Part shown: in pieces, positions 39,066 to 52,725 of the stretch | Layout: each line of letters begins with the position of its first letter | How positions within the stretch are numbered: position 1 is the first letter of the stretch | Origin: Octopus sinensis | Taxonomy: Eukaryota | DNA length: 64,000 nucleotides | Direction of reading: 5' to 3' | Assembly: GCF_006345805.1 (NCBI RefSeq) | Contig: NC_043018.1 | Span: forward strand, 3,100,001-3,164,000 | Program-made: the position numbers and the translations under genes | The notes under the pieces: generated by a model | Database searches by the model: none | What the model was told of the DNA's origin: nothing | Seen by the model: only the letters and a program-made list of their open reading frames with translations

Positions 39066-39983
39066 GAAACGTAGATGCATGAGCAACTGATTGTCTTCCT
39101 AAAATTACCGGTAATCGGGCCTTTGACAATAAATTTCCAGGTGCATAAAAAATACTCTTCAAAACCAGAGGGCAACGGCACTGTATATAATATAAACTGG
39201 AAAGTTATAAACCATCCATTTAACAAAGAGTAGTTAAACAGTAAAGCAGAAAAAAGAAAAACACAAAAGACTTTTGCATCCAAAACTCCGTCTTTAATAA
39301 CATCTGACATTGTAAATTAACAATTTAGAATAGCCGACTAAACTGTTCATAATAACCTAATAATAACCGAATAAACAATTATGATCTGCTCTGCGCAGAG
39401 ACATGTTATGTCGGGAGGGTGGGTGCTGGGAATATATTTAAATTATGTATTAAATTACTGTTGACAGTGGAGAAGCTCAGAACAATTATTGATCTATGGT
39501 TGCAGACAACTAATAAGTAGTTATTATTTTCAAAGCTAAGTTGCAAACGCCTCTGTCAAAGGCCATGATAGACACTGGAGCATCATCTCTATTCCGGTAG
39601 CTGTCAAAATGGTTTTATTTATTGTTGAAATATTCAGTTAGTTTTTCACGCAACAAAATAATTCTCTTGCTCAAAATTATTTATATACGTAAAAAATACA
39701 AGGTGTCGATAACAAAGAAAAGAAACCCAACCTTGTGTCGCAATGAAATATCAGTGTCCATAATGTTACTTTTGTAAATATATGTCAGTGTTGTGATATA
39801 TCATAATTTTAATTCATCATCGTGTAGTTGATTTATTTTATAAATATTTGATTTGTACCCACTTTAATTACATAATACATTTCTTTCTTCCCATAATTTC
39901 TATGTAATTTTTCGTCCCAAAAGTCTTTGCATGTTTTTTTTATCAATTCGTGCACTTGTTGCTATCGAAAATATTATTGTTGA

Positions 39984-40021
<38 letters not shown>

Positions 40022-40041
40022 TCATTATTATTACTAATGAA

Positions 40042-40226
40042 GACGGCGAGCTGGCAGTCAATGGTACGCCGGGCAAAATTCTTGGCAGCGTTTGTCTATC
40101 ATTACGTTCTGAGTTCGCTTTCATTATTTTGGGGTTGATAAATTAAGTACCATTTCCGCACTGGGGTCGATGTAATTGACTAGTTCCCTCTACTCAAATT
40201 TCAGGCCTTGTGCCTACACTACAAAG
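40042..40226 (+). mobile_element. SINE family A, tail B
   Basis: GACGGCGAGCTGGCAG head; CAAATTTCAGGCCTTGTGCCTA tail. Confidence 0.75.
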
Positions 40227-40251
40227 GGTTTTTATTATCATTATTATTCTA

Positions 40252-40290
<39 letters not shown>

Positions 40291-40423
40291 GTTATTATTG
40301 TTGTTGTTGTTGTTGTCGTCGCTGTTGTTTTCGTCGCCATTGTTGTTGCTGTTGTTATTTGTGTATCCTACGTGGAATCCACTCTCGAATCATCACTAGT
40401 GACTTTTCTCTGAAATTGTAAAT

Positions 40424-40575
40424 ATTCTTTTCTACTCAAGGCACAAGGCCCGAAATTTTGGGGAATAGAGCCAGTCGATTAGAACGATCCCAGTACTCAC
40501 CTTGTACTTAAGGTATCGACCCCGAAAGAATGAAAGGCAAAGTCGACATCGGCGGAATTTGGACTCAGGACATAA
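40424..40575 (-). mobile_element. SINE family A, tail B, 5'-truncated
   Basis: TTTTCTACTCAAGGCACAAGGCCCGAAATTTTGGGG...AAAGTCGACATCGGCGGAATTT. Confidence 0.78.
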
Positions 40576-41249
40576 AATTGTAAATATTGTTTAGCAGATG
40601 TATCCATGTCTCTTCTACAGGAACTTTACTCCGTTTCAATCACGTTTCCGCTTGTTCCAATAACTTTCCCGTGTATATTTTTCAATATATCCCTTTTCAC
40701 GAGATGTCCATCTCTTGTTTAAATAGACGTGTCGTTATAAGAGAAAATCTATTCGCTTCCTTGTGTTCAATCGACCGGGACCCTGTAATCAACCAAGCGT
40801 AGCGATCACCACTCCCAGTGACTTTCACAAAAAACCTACGGACAAAAACGCCACTAACACCATCTAACACCATCACCACAACCAAGAACAACATCAACTG
40901 TAACAACAGCCAAAGCAAAATCACTGACAATAGTATGACTCATGACAACACCAACAACAACAACAACAACTGCAACAATATGAGAAACGACAACACCAGC
41001 AACAATGATAATAATAGTAAGGAAGCCACCACCACAGCAGCAGCAGCATCAACGATAATTGTATAAATAGCAGCGGTATTAAATACATCAACAATAGCAC
41101 TGACCGCTACGACAGTATCAGGAGTAATGTTATTTCATAAAGGATGTACGAGAGAATATAAAATTAGGGACCGCCTATTCTTTGCAAGGGAAAGCCGCGG
41201 CAGTTAAAAAATATCAGCAAAATACCATTCAACACGACGTTAAGGAACT

Positions 41250-42114
41250 CCCAGAAGTGGAAAGGATTCCCATAAAAAAGAGAACGATAATTCATTTTAT
41301 CATTAATCGCAGAAAGAGAAAGCTGCAACAACCTTCCCCAGCCGAAAGAGAAGAGCGTCTGGAAGAAGTGTGGCCTTCCTACTTTATATTTGTCGAGAAA
41401 AGCAATCTGGGACCGTGGTAGCTATCTGCAGCAACGAAGAGGAAGCGTACGGGATTACTACAATGAACTACTCCTCTTATCAATATGTGATGCTCCCATT
41501 ATACACGCGACGTCGTGTAAACAAGGTCAGGGACTCAGATGTACCCCCTCATAAGGCCCGGACCAGTGTAATTGTCATGCTAGAGGTGCACGGAGAGATG
41601 ATAAGCATGACGTCAAGCCTCCAACAAAACGTAACTAGAGTATCAGTGGAGTTCCAGGTATCGTTTGCTCCGGAAGAAGTGCATGCTTCCCAGAGAGTGC
41701 GATTCGATATGGTTGGTCATGGAGGGTAGGAAACTTAGATGTTAAATTTTGGGCAAAACAAATCCCTTTGTTCCCACTGTGGAAAGACGAGATTGGCGGC
41801 ACACGCTGCTCCATTTTTCCCATCAGCAGATTCGTTGCAATCAGAAAGAGGAAAGCATCGGCCATCACAGCCAAACAGAGAGGAAAAATGGTCGTCGGAA
41901 GTCCTACCGAATCCTTGGTTATATATAGAACCTCGGACGAGACAAACCCACTCGAGTGAGATATCGGCAAGCGATCCCCAAAAGTGAAAACGGGGAGAGA
42001 GGGTGAAATTACAGATGTAACCCCTAAATCCCAAATGTTGGTGGGCACGAAACTGAGTAGCCTCAGATATGCTGCAGCTCATCTCGAAACCAACGTTGTA
42101 AGACAAAAATCACT

Positions 42115-42148
<34 letters not shown>

Positions 42149-42510
42149 AACCATCGACGACAAAATCAACCAAAGATAAACCAATGACAGAAACACCAAG
42201 AACTGAAACGGCATTCTCAGCATCAGCGAGAGACAGAAGCGGATCAGCAACAGAGGATGCTTAAACAAAAACAACGCAAACGACAACAATCCGACGAACC
42301 ACAAGAGTCGGACCTAGGACAACATCTCTCCGACCAGCCTCTGAATTACACAGTTCTATGGAAGGCGAGTGAGGAATTGATCGAATTTTTAGACTTAAAT
42401 AAAGACAAAATTTTGCCAACTGGTGAAGGCGTTGATGCACTCACCATCGTGAAAAACCGAGAAGAGAGAGTTCTGTTAAGAACAATCCCCAGTATGTATC
42501 GTTGATGTAG
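41250..42510 (+). pseudogene. Decayed LINE ORF1/gag-like region (L1/Tx1-like?)
   Basis: GC-richer block with a broken reading frame containing VMLPLYTRRRVNKVRDSDVPP, a degenerate zinc knuckle LCSHCGKTRLAAH, and a poly-Q tract. Assignment by pattern only. Confidence 0.4.
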
Positions 42511-43817
42511 GAATTTTCAAAATTTCGTTGGACAAAAGGATATCGGAAGGCCCATTTAGAGACACCGAATATGTATCAACCTAAGAAAAGCGTGGTTGCC
42601 TCTTCTTTTATTGTTTTCCCACCTCCTGGAATAGTAATTCCATGAAGGGGTGGGTAAGTCTATTACATTGACCCTAGCGCTTAATTGATGCTTATTCTAT
42701 CCACTCCCGATAAGGACATACTGATTTCTGAGGGATATTATTGATGCGGACGCATAAAATAATTTATACAATTTTCATATTTGCAACAAAAACATTAGCC
42801 ACAACATTCATACAATCACATCAAACAAAAGTGTATGAAATACACCTCTCGGAACACCTGTTTACCTGTGATGCTTGAGACTCAGAAAAGCTGGCCATGA
42901 CAAGACTAATGAAAATGAAAACAGTCCCGTAGATTTATAATGAAACGACACTGTGCTCTAGAGATATTAAGAAAAAAAAAGCGTGTATTATTGAAAAATT
43001 GGTTGAAATAGTAGCTCCGTTCAATGTGTAGGGAGGAGAAATCACTGAACAACACGGCAATGTATGTAGAAATGCTTGTCTGGTATTTAGACCATCTCCC
43101 ACCAAGTTTACATTTCTCCTCCAGCAACTGAACAAAATTAACACAAGCAAAAGGCTGGGGAGAACCAGCAAGGACACTGACTCTTATTTTATTGTCTTCT
43201 TTGGTAACAATGGGGTAGCAATACGCAAATGAAGACATAAGATATATGGCCAGGTTGTTAGGATAGCCTTGCAAGTCATAATTTCTTCTGAAGTCTACAA
43301 AGACAGACCCCAGACCCGATTGTGCCTAGTTGAGGGAACGGAAAAAAAGTCTTAGAAACGGGTAATAAGCCCAGCTGCTTCAGCTAATTGCAAAAATCAT
43401 CTTCGGACATTTAGTCTGAAAAGCTAGAAAGACAAACAGAGGGAAAATAAGTCCCGGTGTGTGCTGCTACAGCAGCAACGCCAATGGTAGCAATGGTTGC
43501 AATTCCAAAATTAGCCAGGATCCCAACATAACCGCATTCGTATTGCATTTGTGTATGTATGTGATTTTGTGGATGTTTGTGATTGTGTTTCTGTGCCTGG
43601 GTATGTGTTTGTATCACTGAACCGTCGTGTTATTCTATAAGCCTGTGTATTTGTGTTATAGTTTTCTTTTTCTTTCCTTTTTTTATATTTGTCTGTGTCC
43701 TTTTTTGCTTGTTTCGTTTGTCTGCTTCTTCGTTTCTTACTAATTGTACAGATTACAGCAAGAAAGCCTCGCATATTTTCCAGGTTGCAAAAAGTTTCAA
43801 TATCCTACGCATCACTA

Positions 43818-44030
43818 GGTTGGCGCCGTACTGGCAGGATCTTTATCGTTCCAGAAAAAATGCTTACCGGGTTCCATCCGTCTTTATGTTCAGAGTTCAA
43901 ATTCTACCGAGGTCGGCATTGCTTTTCATCCTTCTGGAATCGATGAAAAAAGAACCAGTTGAGCATTGGGGTTCATATAATCACTTTACACCCTCCCCCA
44001 AATATCTGACCTTGCGTTAAAATTTGAAAC
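43818..44030 (+). mobile_element. SINE family A, tail B, diverged
   Basis: GTTCAGAGTTCAAATTCTACCGAGGTCGGC..TTTCATCC. Confidence 0.65.
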
Positions 44031-44304
44031 CAACAGCATACGCATAACTGTACAATTCCAAACGCTGAAAATAGTGAAAAACTCAATAACCATCACTCAC
44101 AGAGTGACACCTTATTTACTAAATTTATTAGCGACACACCAATACCCAGTTAAAACATGACTGGTTTCTCTGTCGCAGCCCTATGAATATTTTTCATTCT
44201 TTGTGACTGTGTCTCCTCGGTTCTTTCCTATCCCTGTCTCTTTCTTTCCACAAATGTCTTTCTTTCTCTATCTCTCTCACCCACTCTGTCTATATGCTTC
44301 TCTA

Positions 44305-44336
<32 letters not shown>

Positions 44337-44461
44337 ACTCTGTCTATATGCTTCACTATTTCTCTCTCTCTCTCTCTCTCTTTCTCTCACTCTGTCTATA
44401 TGCTTCTCTATTTCTCTCTCTCTCTCTCTCTTTCTGTATCTATCTATCTATTTATTTATCT

Positions 44462-44791
44462 CTGGGGTTCTCAACCATTTCCTTTTTTTATCTCTGGGCA
44501 GTTTTTTATTACAATTTTATTCTGCTGGAATACCATCGCCATTCGAAATTTTAAAAACTAGGTTTTTAGAAATTTCTTTCAAAATTCCTATTTTGTGTTA
44601 CACACATTAACTTGTGTGAGTTGTAAAACGTTAAACAAAGAGGCCTCGCTCTTTCTTGCAATGCATACCAATACATACATCTAAATAAAAAAATTTTCAC
44701 AAGCCCTTGAAATACCATTGCGGATCTTCAATTTACTATTTTGTTGCGAGGACCCCAAAAATCCTATATGGACCCAGTTTGAGAACCACTG
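44462..44791. mobile_element. hAT (Charlie-like) non-autonomous element
   Basis: Termini CTGGGGTTCTCAACC and GTTTGAGAACCACTG resemble CAGTGGTTCTCAA hAT TIRs. Confidence 0.6.
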
Positions 44792-44827
44792 ATCTGTCTG
44801 TCTGCCTGCCTGCCTGCCTGCGTGTAT

Positions 44828-44961
<134 letters not shown>

Positions 44962-45498
44962 TGCCCTGGCTATAAAAAAAAAATCCATTTCTGTATTTCG
45001 CTACTAATTTCAAAATTAATACCGTTAAGTTCTTCACGAGTCTGATTAAATTTGAAAGAATATGAACAGTTATATAAAAAGAAATGAGGAATAAAGATTT
45101 AAGACTGGCGACAACGAAAATTCCTCAATAATTCACTTTTTACAAGAATGAAATTTAATTATCCATCTTTTAATTTACTTGAAACTAATTAAACAAAATG
45201 AGTCATTGTTGCACTTGGTGCGGCATCTTCCTTTCTCTAAACATACAGCCAGACAGACACGCAGGCGTATATACTTATATAAATTACATACATATATATA
45301 TGAGTATGTGTTTATGTATATGTACATGTATTTGTGAGTGTGTGTGGGGGGTGAGAGATACAAATAGATAGATCGATACATTGATAGATCGATATGTAGA
45401 TAGATAGACAGATAGATAGATATTTAGCTAAGCTGTTTTCGTGTGTGCATGTAAGTTTGTGAACTGTATGTATATATACAGAAATAAGCACGCACACA

Positions 45499-45548
<50 letters not shown>

Positions 45549-46638
45549 TGTGTACGTGAGTGCGCGTGTTTTTATGTCTCTGTGACTGCGCGTTAGCCTT
45601 TTATTTCGATCGTAGAAAAATACGTATATTTGTATGTGTGCATCTATCTACCTATATATGTATGCAATATATGTTATATGGCTATATAAATGTCACACAC
45701 ATTAGGCTATACATACACACACACACACATGCACACACACGCACCTTTACATACTCGAGACACATGACAAAGGACACATCTATATATGTGAGTGTATGTT
45801 TGTGAGTATGTATAAACTTTGCCATAAACATCTTTGAAGCAATACAATACTGTGAAAATGTGATTAAACTTTATGTTTATATATATAATTGAATGAAGAA
45901 TTAATTATTTATTTTATTTTCCTTAATTAATTAATTGATTAATTAATTAATTCTTTAATTCTGCTACGTCAATGAATTTAGTTTGGCTTAAAAGTAAGAC
46001 GACTTTTCCGTTTGGATACTGACTGAGATTAGATTTCGATAAGTGACCCATTTTCTGTGGTGTGAATATTTGAATATTTCTGCATTGAATCAATGACCAG
46101 CACGCCGTATGAACTTTTGTTTGTTTGACGAAGGACTCAGTGCATCTTTACTGAAACAGTTACGAACTCTTCGGAAAAATTCTGACCAATCCATGCAAAA
46201 CCTAGAAAGTATTTTTTGACGGATGATGCCTAGGTCGATGCTTAACCTCCTGGGATTATCACAGATATTTCTTCCAAAATACGACCTTCTATGTTTACGG
46301 AAGAAAATTCACTCTCCACAGTGGACATTGTAGTTCTTGAAACAACATAAATATTTGTCTATTTGCATCTTTTCGCACCCACTCATTCTGTCTGTCTGTC
46401 TATCTCTCTCTCTCTCTCTATCTATCTCTATCTTTCTCTTTTTCTCTTTTTCCTTTCTTCCTCTGTTTGTCATACTCTTTTATATAGTACTTGGTTGAGT
46501 TCCAGAATTAATATTCAACATACTTCCCAATGAACTTCCAAGAAAAAATTTTAAAGTTATATAAAAACGGAAGCATTAATAAATAATTAATAGCGACAGA
46601 AGCAGCCTCAATACGAAATAGTAATATTTATCCCCTGA

Positions 46639-47039
46639 TAAAATTGGGTTTTTAGTTAGAACAAACAATACTGAGTCCCTTACTATGAGAGAACCTTTCA
46701 TATGGACTTGTGGTGCATATAAATATTCTTTGTATCAACCTCCTGGGATTATCACATATATTTCTTCCAAAATACGACCTTCTATGTTTACGGAAGAAAA
46801 TTCACTCTCCACAGTGGACCTTGTAGTTCTTGAAACAACATAAATATTTGTCTATTTGCATCTTTTCTCAGTCACTCATTCTGTCTGTCTGTCTCTCTCT
46901 CTGTCTCTCTCTCTCTCTCTCGGTTGTCTCTCACTAGCGACATAATCAAGATTGGGTATATGTACCACAAGTTCATATGAGAGGTTCTCTCATGGAACGT
47001 ATCACAGTATTCTGTGTTCTAACACAACACCCACTTTTA
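46639..47039. mobile_element. MITE-like element with ~80-bp imperfect TIRs and TA ends
   Basis: 46639-46720 vs reverse complement of 46958-47039 (e.g. ATGAGAGAACC.TTCATATG.ACTTGTGGT.CATAT). Confidence 0.65.
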
Positions 47040-47619
47040 AGAAGGGTTAAAAGCGTTAATGATTCGAGAGAGGCAGAAATCAAATCTCTTTAAGAGTCTA
47101 TGTGTTACTGTTAATGTAGTTGAAGCTAATAAAAAGAGAGTCTATTGCAATTAATGACAATACATGAGCATGCATGCACGCATATATACACACATATATA
47201 TATGTGTGTGTGTTTATATGTATACACGCATGTATGTATGTTTTTTCTTGGGTTTTTAGTTAAGTTCTTAAGAAAATTGAAGCCGAATTTTTTAGTTAAA
47301 CGACTTCACGGTATTTGTAAATATGCGATAGATTTGGTGTGTAGTTTGAGCTATCAACGTGCACATCTATGTTATAGGAATCGGTGCTTTGAGTTCAAAT
47401 CCTACATTATCACTGATAGATGGTGACACATCCAAGTGCAGTTGCTTGCGACTAACAGACGGGTCAAGCAATTTTAAAAATCAATGGAATCTATGTTTTT
47501 TTTATGTTTCTTTTGTAATACTTTTAGCACCTTCATTTATGTTCCAGGCTGAGGCAAGAGATTTTCTTATTGTGGATCCCTGTATCTCTATGTTGAATCA
47601 TTAATTTGATACAACTTTT

Positions 47620-48910
47620 TGTATCTTATCCAGATTGGCCTTCAATAACGTAAGTGGCATTTACTAAACGACTTTAGTGCATCCATTTTTACTCGTACAA
47701 AGTGATTTTATAATCTAGATGAAGAAGCTGAATATTTCGATGGAATTCTTCGTAGTTATCCTCTTTCTCAATGATTTTCCAAGCGGTATTCGCATCAGCA
47801 CTGCAGCTAGTCTTTTAGGTAGCACTTATTTTTTTCTCGGTTGCCCTAAACAACGGCCTATTACTTTTGTGCTTGGTAAAAGGGTTGGCGGCAAATTTCC
47901 ATCAGTATCCCTTCTGTTGATGTTTCTGTATGTATTGAATAACAAATGGGTCTCTACATTTATTCCAGGACATTCTATTTTTCGAATGGGATTCTATATT
48001 ATTTTAGCGACAGCGTGTTGTCTCATTAGTAGATAGTACCTTCATTGGTGTTTAGTCCCTCTGCTCACCACCAGTGTGATGTCTTCTGCAGAAACGTCTC
48101 ATAATCACCATCTTTGGTGACGTTTTGGAGCTCCAAAGACTTCTCTGTGTTGTTTGTAAATTAGATAATTTTTAGCAGACTTCTGCTCTTGTAGTGTCAA
48201 TACAGAGCTTTCGAATTGTGATTTGATGTAGCGGTCCCGGTTCCAAGAGGGGCTGCACTTCATTTCGATATTACAACTCTCTTGGAATCCGTGGGAAATA
48301 TACCCATGCATAGTCAATTTATGATATTCTCAGAGCTATACATCCAGGTCTTCTCTGAAGTAATCTTTGCCCAGCTGTTTTGGACGAAGATGATTAAGAT
48401 TTCTAAGATTTTACGGGTGTTTGTCAAGCAAAGAGTGCTTCCTGAATGTTTGAATTGCATTACATAAGATTTCTTTTCGCATTTCTGCACTAAGTTTATT
48501 TTGCTTTTTCTTTACTGCTCTCCTTTAGCACGAACTATTTTAAAGATAATCCCGAGGGAGTGCCGGAAAGGTCCTGGCTTTACGTGTATTGTGAAAGACT
48601 TGGTTGGAGGCCCAACCTTCCGATTTCTTTTACATGGCTTAGAGAAACTGAGAGACTGTAATACTCGTATGAAACTGGGACGGGGATATATTGAATAGAA
48701 TCCTATTTAGCTGCTCCTCCTGTGTTTTCTTTCACCCAAAGCTAGGAACCTTTCATCACTCCCTACTAGATTCAAAGGCCATCAGTGTGATCTCATGGTT
48801 CTATCTCCTTCATCTCTCCTTAGATAAAGTCTGTCGATATCACTGTTTATATGGACGTTTCTAATTGATGTTTGTGTCATGAGGGGCTTTATGTTAATGA
48901 AGTGAATTTC
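47620..48910 (-). pseudogene. R4/Dong-clade LINE 3' half (post-RT, CCHC, restriction-like endonuclease), decayed
   Basis: SDIDRLYLRRDEG; MHGY; SQFESSVLTLQEQ..KNYL; AEDITLVVS; RYYL.MR; EY.WK; NRP; EKEDNYEEFHRNIQLLHLDY. Confidence 0.75.
48560..48700 (+). pseudogene. Mariner transposase C-terminal fragment nested in the Dong-like LINE
   Basis: LVGGPTFRFLLHGLEKLRDCNTRMKLGRGYIE* resembles the mariner terminus; DNA similarity to 55280-55310. Confidence 0.5.
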
Positions 48911-49319
48911 TTCTCGACAGCAGTCGATTATCTCAAATATATGAATATATGTATGTACGTATGAATGTATGTATCTGTGTGCATATATATGTGTATGTGT
49001 GTGTGTGTGTGTGTGTGTGTAAGTATGTATGTGTATATATGTATGCAAGCTTATATGTTAATATGTTTACGCGTCTCAGTTTTATCTTCGTATTTTTGTT
49101 CTTATTGGCGTCTCTCAACCGATCGAATTCGTTCTTGGACATCAAATTAAATCTTTAATATCAGACACAGATATAATTCTATATCTATTTATCGAGCGCG
49201 AACTCTGAGTCGAAAACAAAATCTCTGCATTCGAAGCAGCATAAATCCACAAGCACAGTCAAACACACACACACACCCACACACACACACACGCACATTC
49301 ACACTCACACACCCGGAAT

Positions 49320-49397
<78 letters not shown>

Positions 49398-49991
49398 TAC
49401 ATACATACATACATACATACATACATACATACATAGTAAGTGCTTTACTGGTAAACAACTACTTCACAGAGATGGGCATCACATCCGTGCCCCACCCTTC
49501 AAACATCCTGGACAATGGTGTATATGACTTTTAATAGTTCCCCAAGCTGAAGGAGGAGATGGAGTGGATGGAGCGCTACAACAAGTGCACTTGTTATAGC
49601 GCGGCAGCCATTTCTACTTTGAAGTAGATTAGAGTTTTGTTGCTTGAAATTAATAAATGTCTCTCCTAGGAATGCCTCGGATCTTCTGGAATGCAACTCT
49701 GATACGTATATATAACTCTGCGTGTGTGTGTTTGTGTGTGAGTGTGTGTGAGCGTGTGTGAGCGTGTTTGTGTGTGAGTGTATGTGTGTGTGTGTGTGTG
49801 TGTGCGTGCGTGTGTGTGTGTGCGTGCGTGTGTGTGTGTAGGTGTGTGTGCGCGTGTGTGTGTGTGCGCGTGTGTGTGTGTGTAGAAAATTGTTGTGAAG
49901 TGGAGTGCCAACTCTCAAAATCTGAAATACATCCTCTAGCAACAAAAGTTATCAACGAACCTGCGCAGAGCACCAACAAGTGATTTTCAAA

Positions 49992-50201
49992 ATTCTTTTC
50001 TACTCTAGGCCCTAGGCCCGAACTTTTTGAGAGGGCTAGTCGATTAGATCGACCTCAGTACGCAAGTGATACTTAATTTATCGACTCCGAAAGGATGAAA
50101 GGCAACGTCGACTTCGGCGGAATTTGAACTCAGAACGTAGACAGACAAAATACTGGTAAACATTTCGCCCGGCGTGGTAAACATCTCTGGCAGCCCGCCG
50201 C
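49992..50201 (-). mobile_element. SINE family A, tail B
   Basis: TTTTCTACTCTAGGCCCTAGG...GGCGGAATTTGAACTCAGAACG...CAGCCCGCCGC. Confidence 0.8.
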
Positions 50202-50607
50202 GGAATTTGAGTGATTTTTGAATATTGTAAAAACATGTACATCTTTACGGAGATGTATTTGCATAGCAAGTGATTTGATCTGAGATCGTGTGCTGGAACG
50301 AAAACAATTGCAGCCTGGAAGGTTTTTGTAAGCCATTTAAGTGACACACAACAGCCGTTCGATTCACTTCAACATTTAAGTTTAATTTGTCAAAATATTT
50401 TCGTCGCTTTAAGACCGCGACCTGTTCACTGACAAAAATCCGTGCTGCATCTTTAAATAAATTTACACATTCCAGATACATACCATTTGCTCAAGTACTT
50501 AGTTATTCCATTTCAAATTTAGAATGAGTAAAGAAGGGAGCCGAATGTAAGGAGTCAGAGTGTGTCATAGTTATTAACGTAGAACATCAACATTATAATA
50601 GGCGCTC

Positions 50608-50814
50608 TACAGTAATCTCTCTCGCCATATCGCGGTTCACCTATCGCGGTTTATTATTTCAGCTTACGCGGACACCTCCGTGGTGTTATTTTGCATTTAT
50701 AATAAAAGAGATATATACAAATTATAAAAACAAAATACACAGTACTGTTTCTACTTCAGGGATTTTCACCAATCGCGGGGTTTGGGAACGGAACACACAC
50801 GAAGGATTATTGTA
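50608..50814. mobile_element. Tigger/pogo-like MITE
   Basis: TACAGTAATCTCTCTCGCCATATCGCGG ... CGAAGGATTATTGTA; TA ends and CAGTA-type TIRs. Confidence 0.6.
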
Positions 50815-51706
50815 TTTTCCGTATTACTTTGTATTCTAACGTTGTATAAATCAGGGAAACCATTTACTGCGGCGAACAAAATTTCCAAAGTAAAAGGCCC
50901 GCTGGCGGGTCACAAGTTCTAACTCTTATATCTGTGTAAATCTTGTATATACCTCTCTATAATTCGATATCCATTAATAAAGATAAGTTTAACGCATTAA
51001 ATTAACACTTAACATCTTCATTAACGCCACCACTGAATTTAGTACGTTTATATTACTTATAAGGTGTCAATATTTTCCAGCTAGAGTGTAGTTGAGTCTC
51101 AATGGGGTGGATCAACCTTAGCAATATGTTTTATAGTGAAAACAAAATTTTCATTCAAATAGCAATTGGCGGATGACTTTCTGTTCGATTCCAACGGTTT
51201 TAAGTCGTAGTGGAAACACGACCTATGTCACAAGGAGGCAGGTGAGTATTGTATAAATTTTACAATTGAAAAATTTACTATATTTTGTACATATGAGTGT
51301 ATCAGTCTGCGGGTGCAACAAAATTGCGCCCGCGGGCGGGGGTTTCCTCACCTCTGCTTTAAATTGTATTCAATTCCAGTTGCCTAAAATCGTTTCCAGG
51401 AGTTTTTGTGGCATACGGAAAATCTAAGTAACTAAGCAAATCTTTTCCCCCGACTTGTTTCCGTCATAGGATAAGCAGCCATGCTCGAATCCCGTCTTCA
51501 AGAATTTTAGTATTTACTTTGTTTAAACTTGATACTTACTCTATCGTCTCTTTTGCCGAACCACTAAGTTACCTGGATGTAAACATGCTAGGCAGTGGTG
51601 GAGACCAAAGACACACGCACATACAAACACATACACACACACGCGCACACACACATTCACATTTAACACACATATGTATACATACGACATGCTTCTTTCG
51701 GTTTCT

Positions 51707-51929
51707 TATTTCTTTATTGGCTACAAGGGTCTAAACATAGAGGGGACAAACAAAGGGATTAAGTCGATTACATTGACCCCAGTGTGTAACTGGTACTTAA
51801 ATTATCGACCCTGAAAGGATGAATGGCAAAGTCGACCTCGGCGGAATTTGAACTCAGAACGTAACGGTAGACTAAATGCCGCTAAGCATTTCGTCCGGCG
51901 TACTAATGTTTCTGCCAGCTCGCCGCCTT
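51707..51929 (-). mobile_element. SINE family A (tail A)
   Basis: Homology to 16774-17005. Confidence 0.85.
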
Positions 51930-51934
51930 TTCAG

Positions 51935-52060
51935 TTCTTCTCTCAGTTTCTGTCTACCGAGGCAATAGTAGAAGACAATATCCCAAGATGGCATATAGTG
52001 GGACTGAACCCGGAACCAAGTAATTAGGTAGTAAACTTCTTACCACACAGCCACGCCTGA
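51935..52060 (-). mobile_element. SINE family B, deleted copy
   Basis: GGGACTGAACCCGGAACC..CTTACCACACAGCCAC. Confidence 0.7.
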
Positions 52061-52725
52061 AATGTTTTCACAAGGCAACTTTTACAAAACAAGATCGTAG
52101 GCCAATTACCTTTCCTGGAACAGATACAGACATGTCTCCTTCCATAGTTTTATTCCATCAGTGAATACTTGTTGCGTAAGTTTGAATCAGATAGTTGACT
52201 TGGAAATTTAATAAAAGAATTCTAATCACCATACTCTAGTTCTTTCTTGTTGTGGATCATGAAATTTGTCTCGTTTTCTAATAAATATTTACACCTTAGA
52301 ACAATAGCAATGATTACATGAAAGTACTTATGTGGATACAGAAAACACACACCCCCATTAAAAAACGTTTTAATGAAATCTCTAAATATCAAAAGCTAAC
52401 GAATCGCTTTAAGACATTCTTCGGTTTATTTGTAAAGGACACCCAATATTCCCCAGTGTTACTACTGCGTTTAAGCTGTACCTGACAGTCCATATCACAA
52501 GCTGTGCGGCAGAATGAGATATCTGTAACACTATCTTTATAAATATCAAACTTTGCTGTGGCATTATTGAAGAGAAATTACATTTTTGTATACTTATTGT
52601 CTGTTGAAAATTAAAATGTCATATGAGAAAACCCAAATGTATTTCATATGACAAAACTTTCCGCATATATTTCGCAAAATAATAATTTTTCTTTTTTAGT
52701 AAAAGTGCTTTATGTAGATTTATAT

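Noticed and set aside
46244-46737. 493-bp spacing identical to the terminal array's unit length
   Set aside because: No sequence similarity between the two loci; treated as coincidence.
50853-51355. Possible hAT non-autonomous element (GGTTTCCTCACCTCTG end)
   Set aside because: Only one convincing terminus and no clear TSD.
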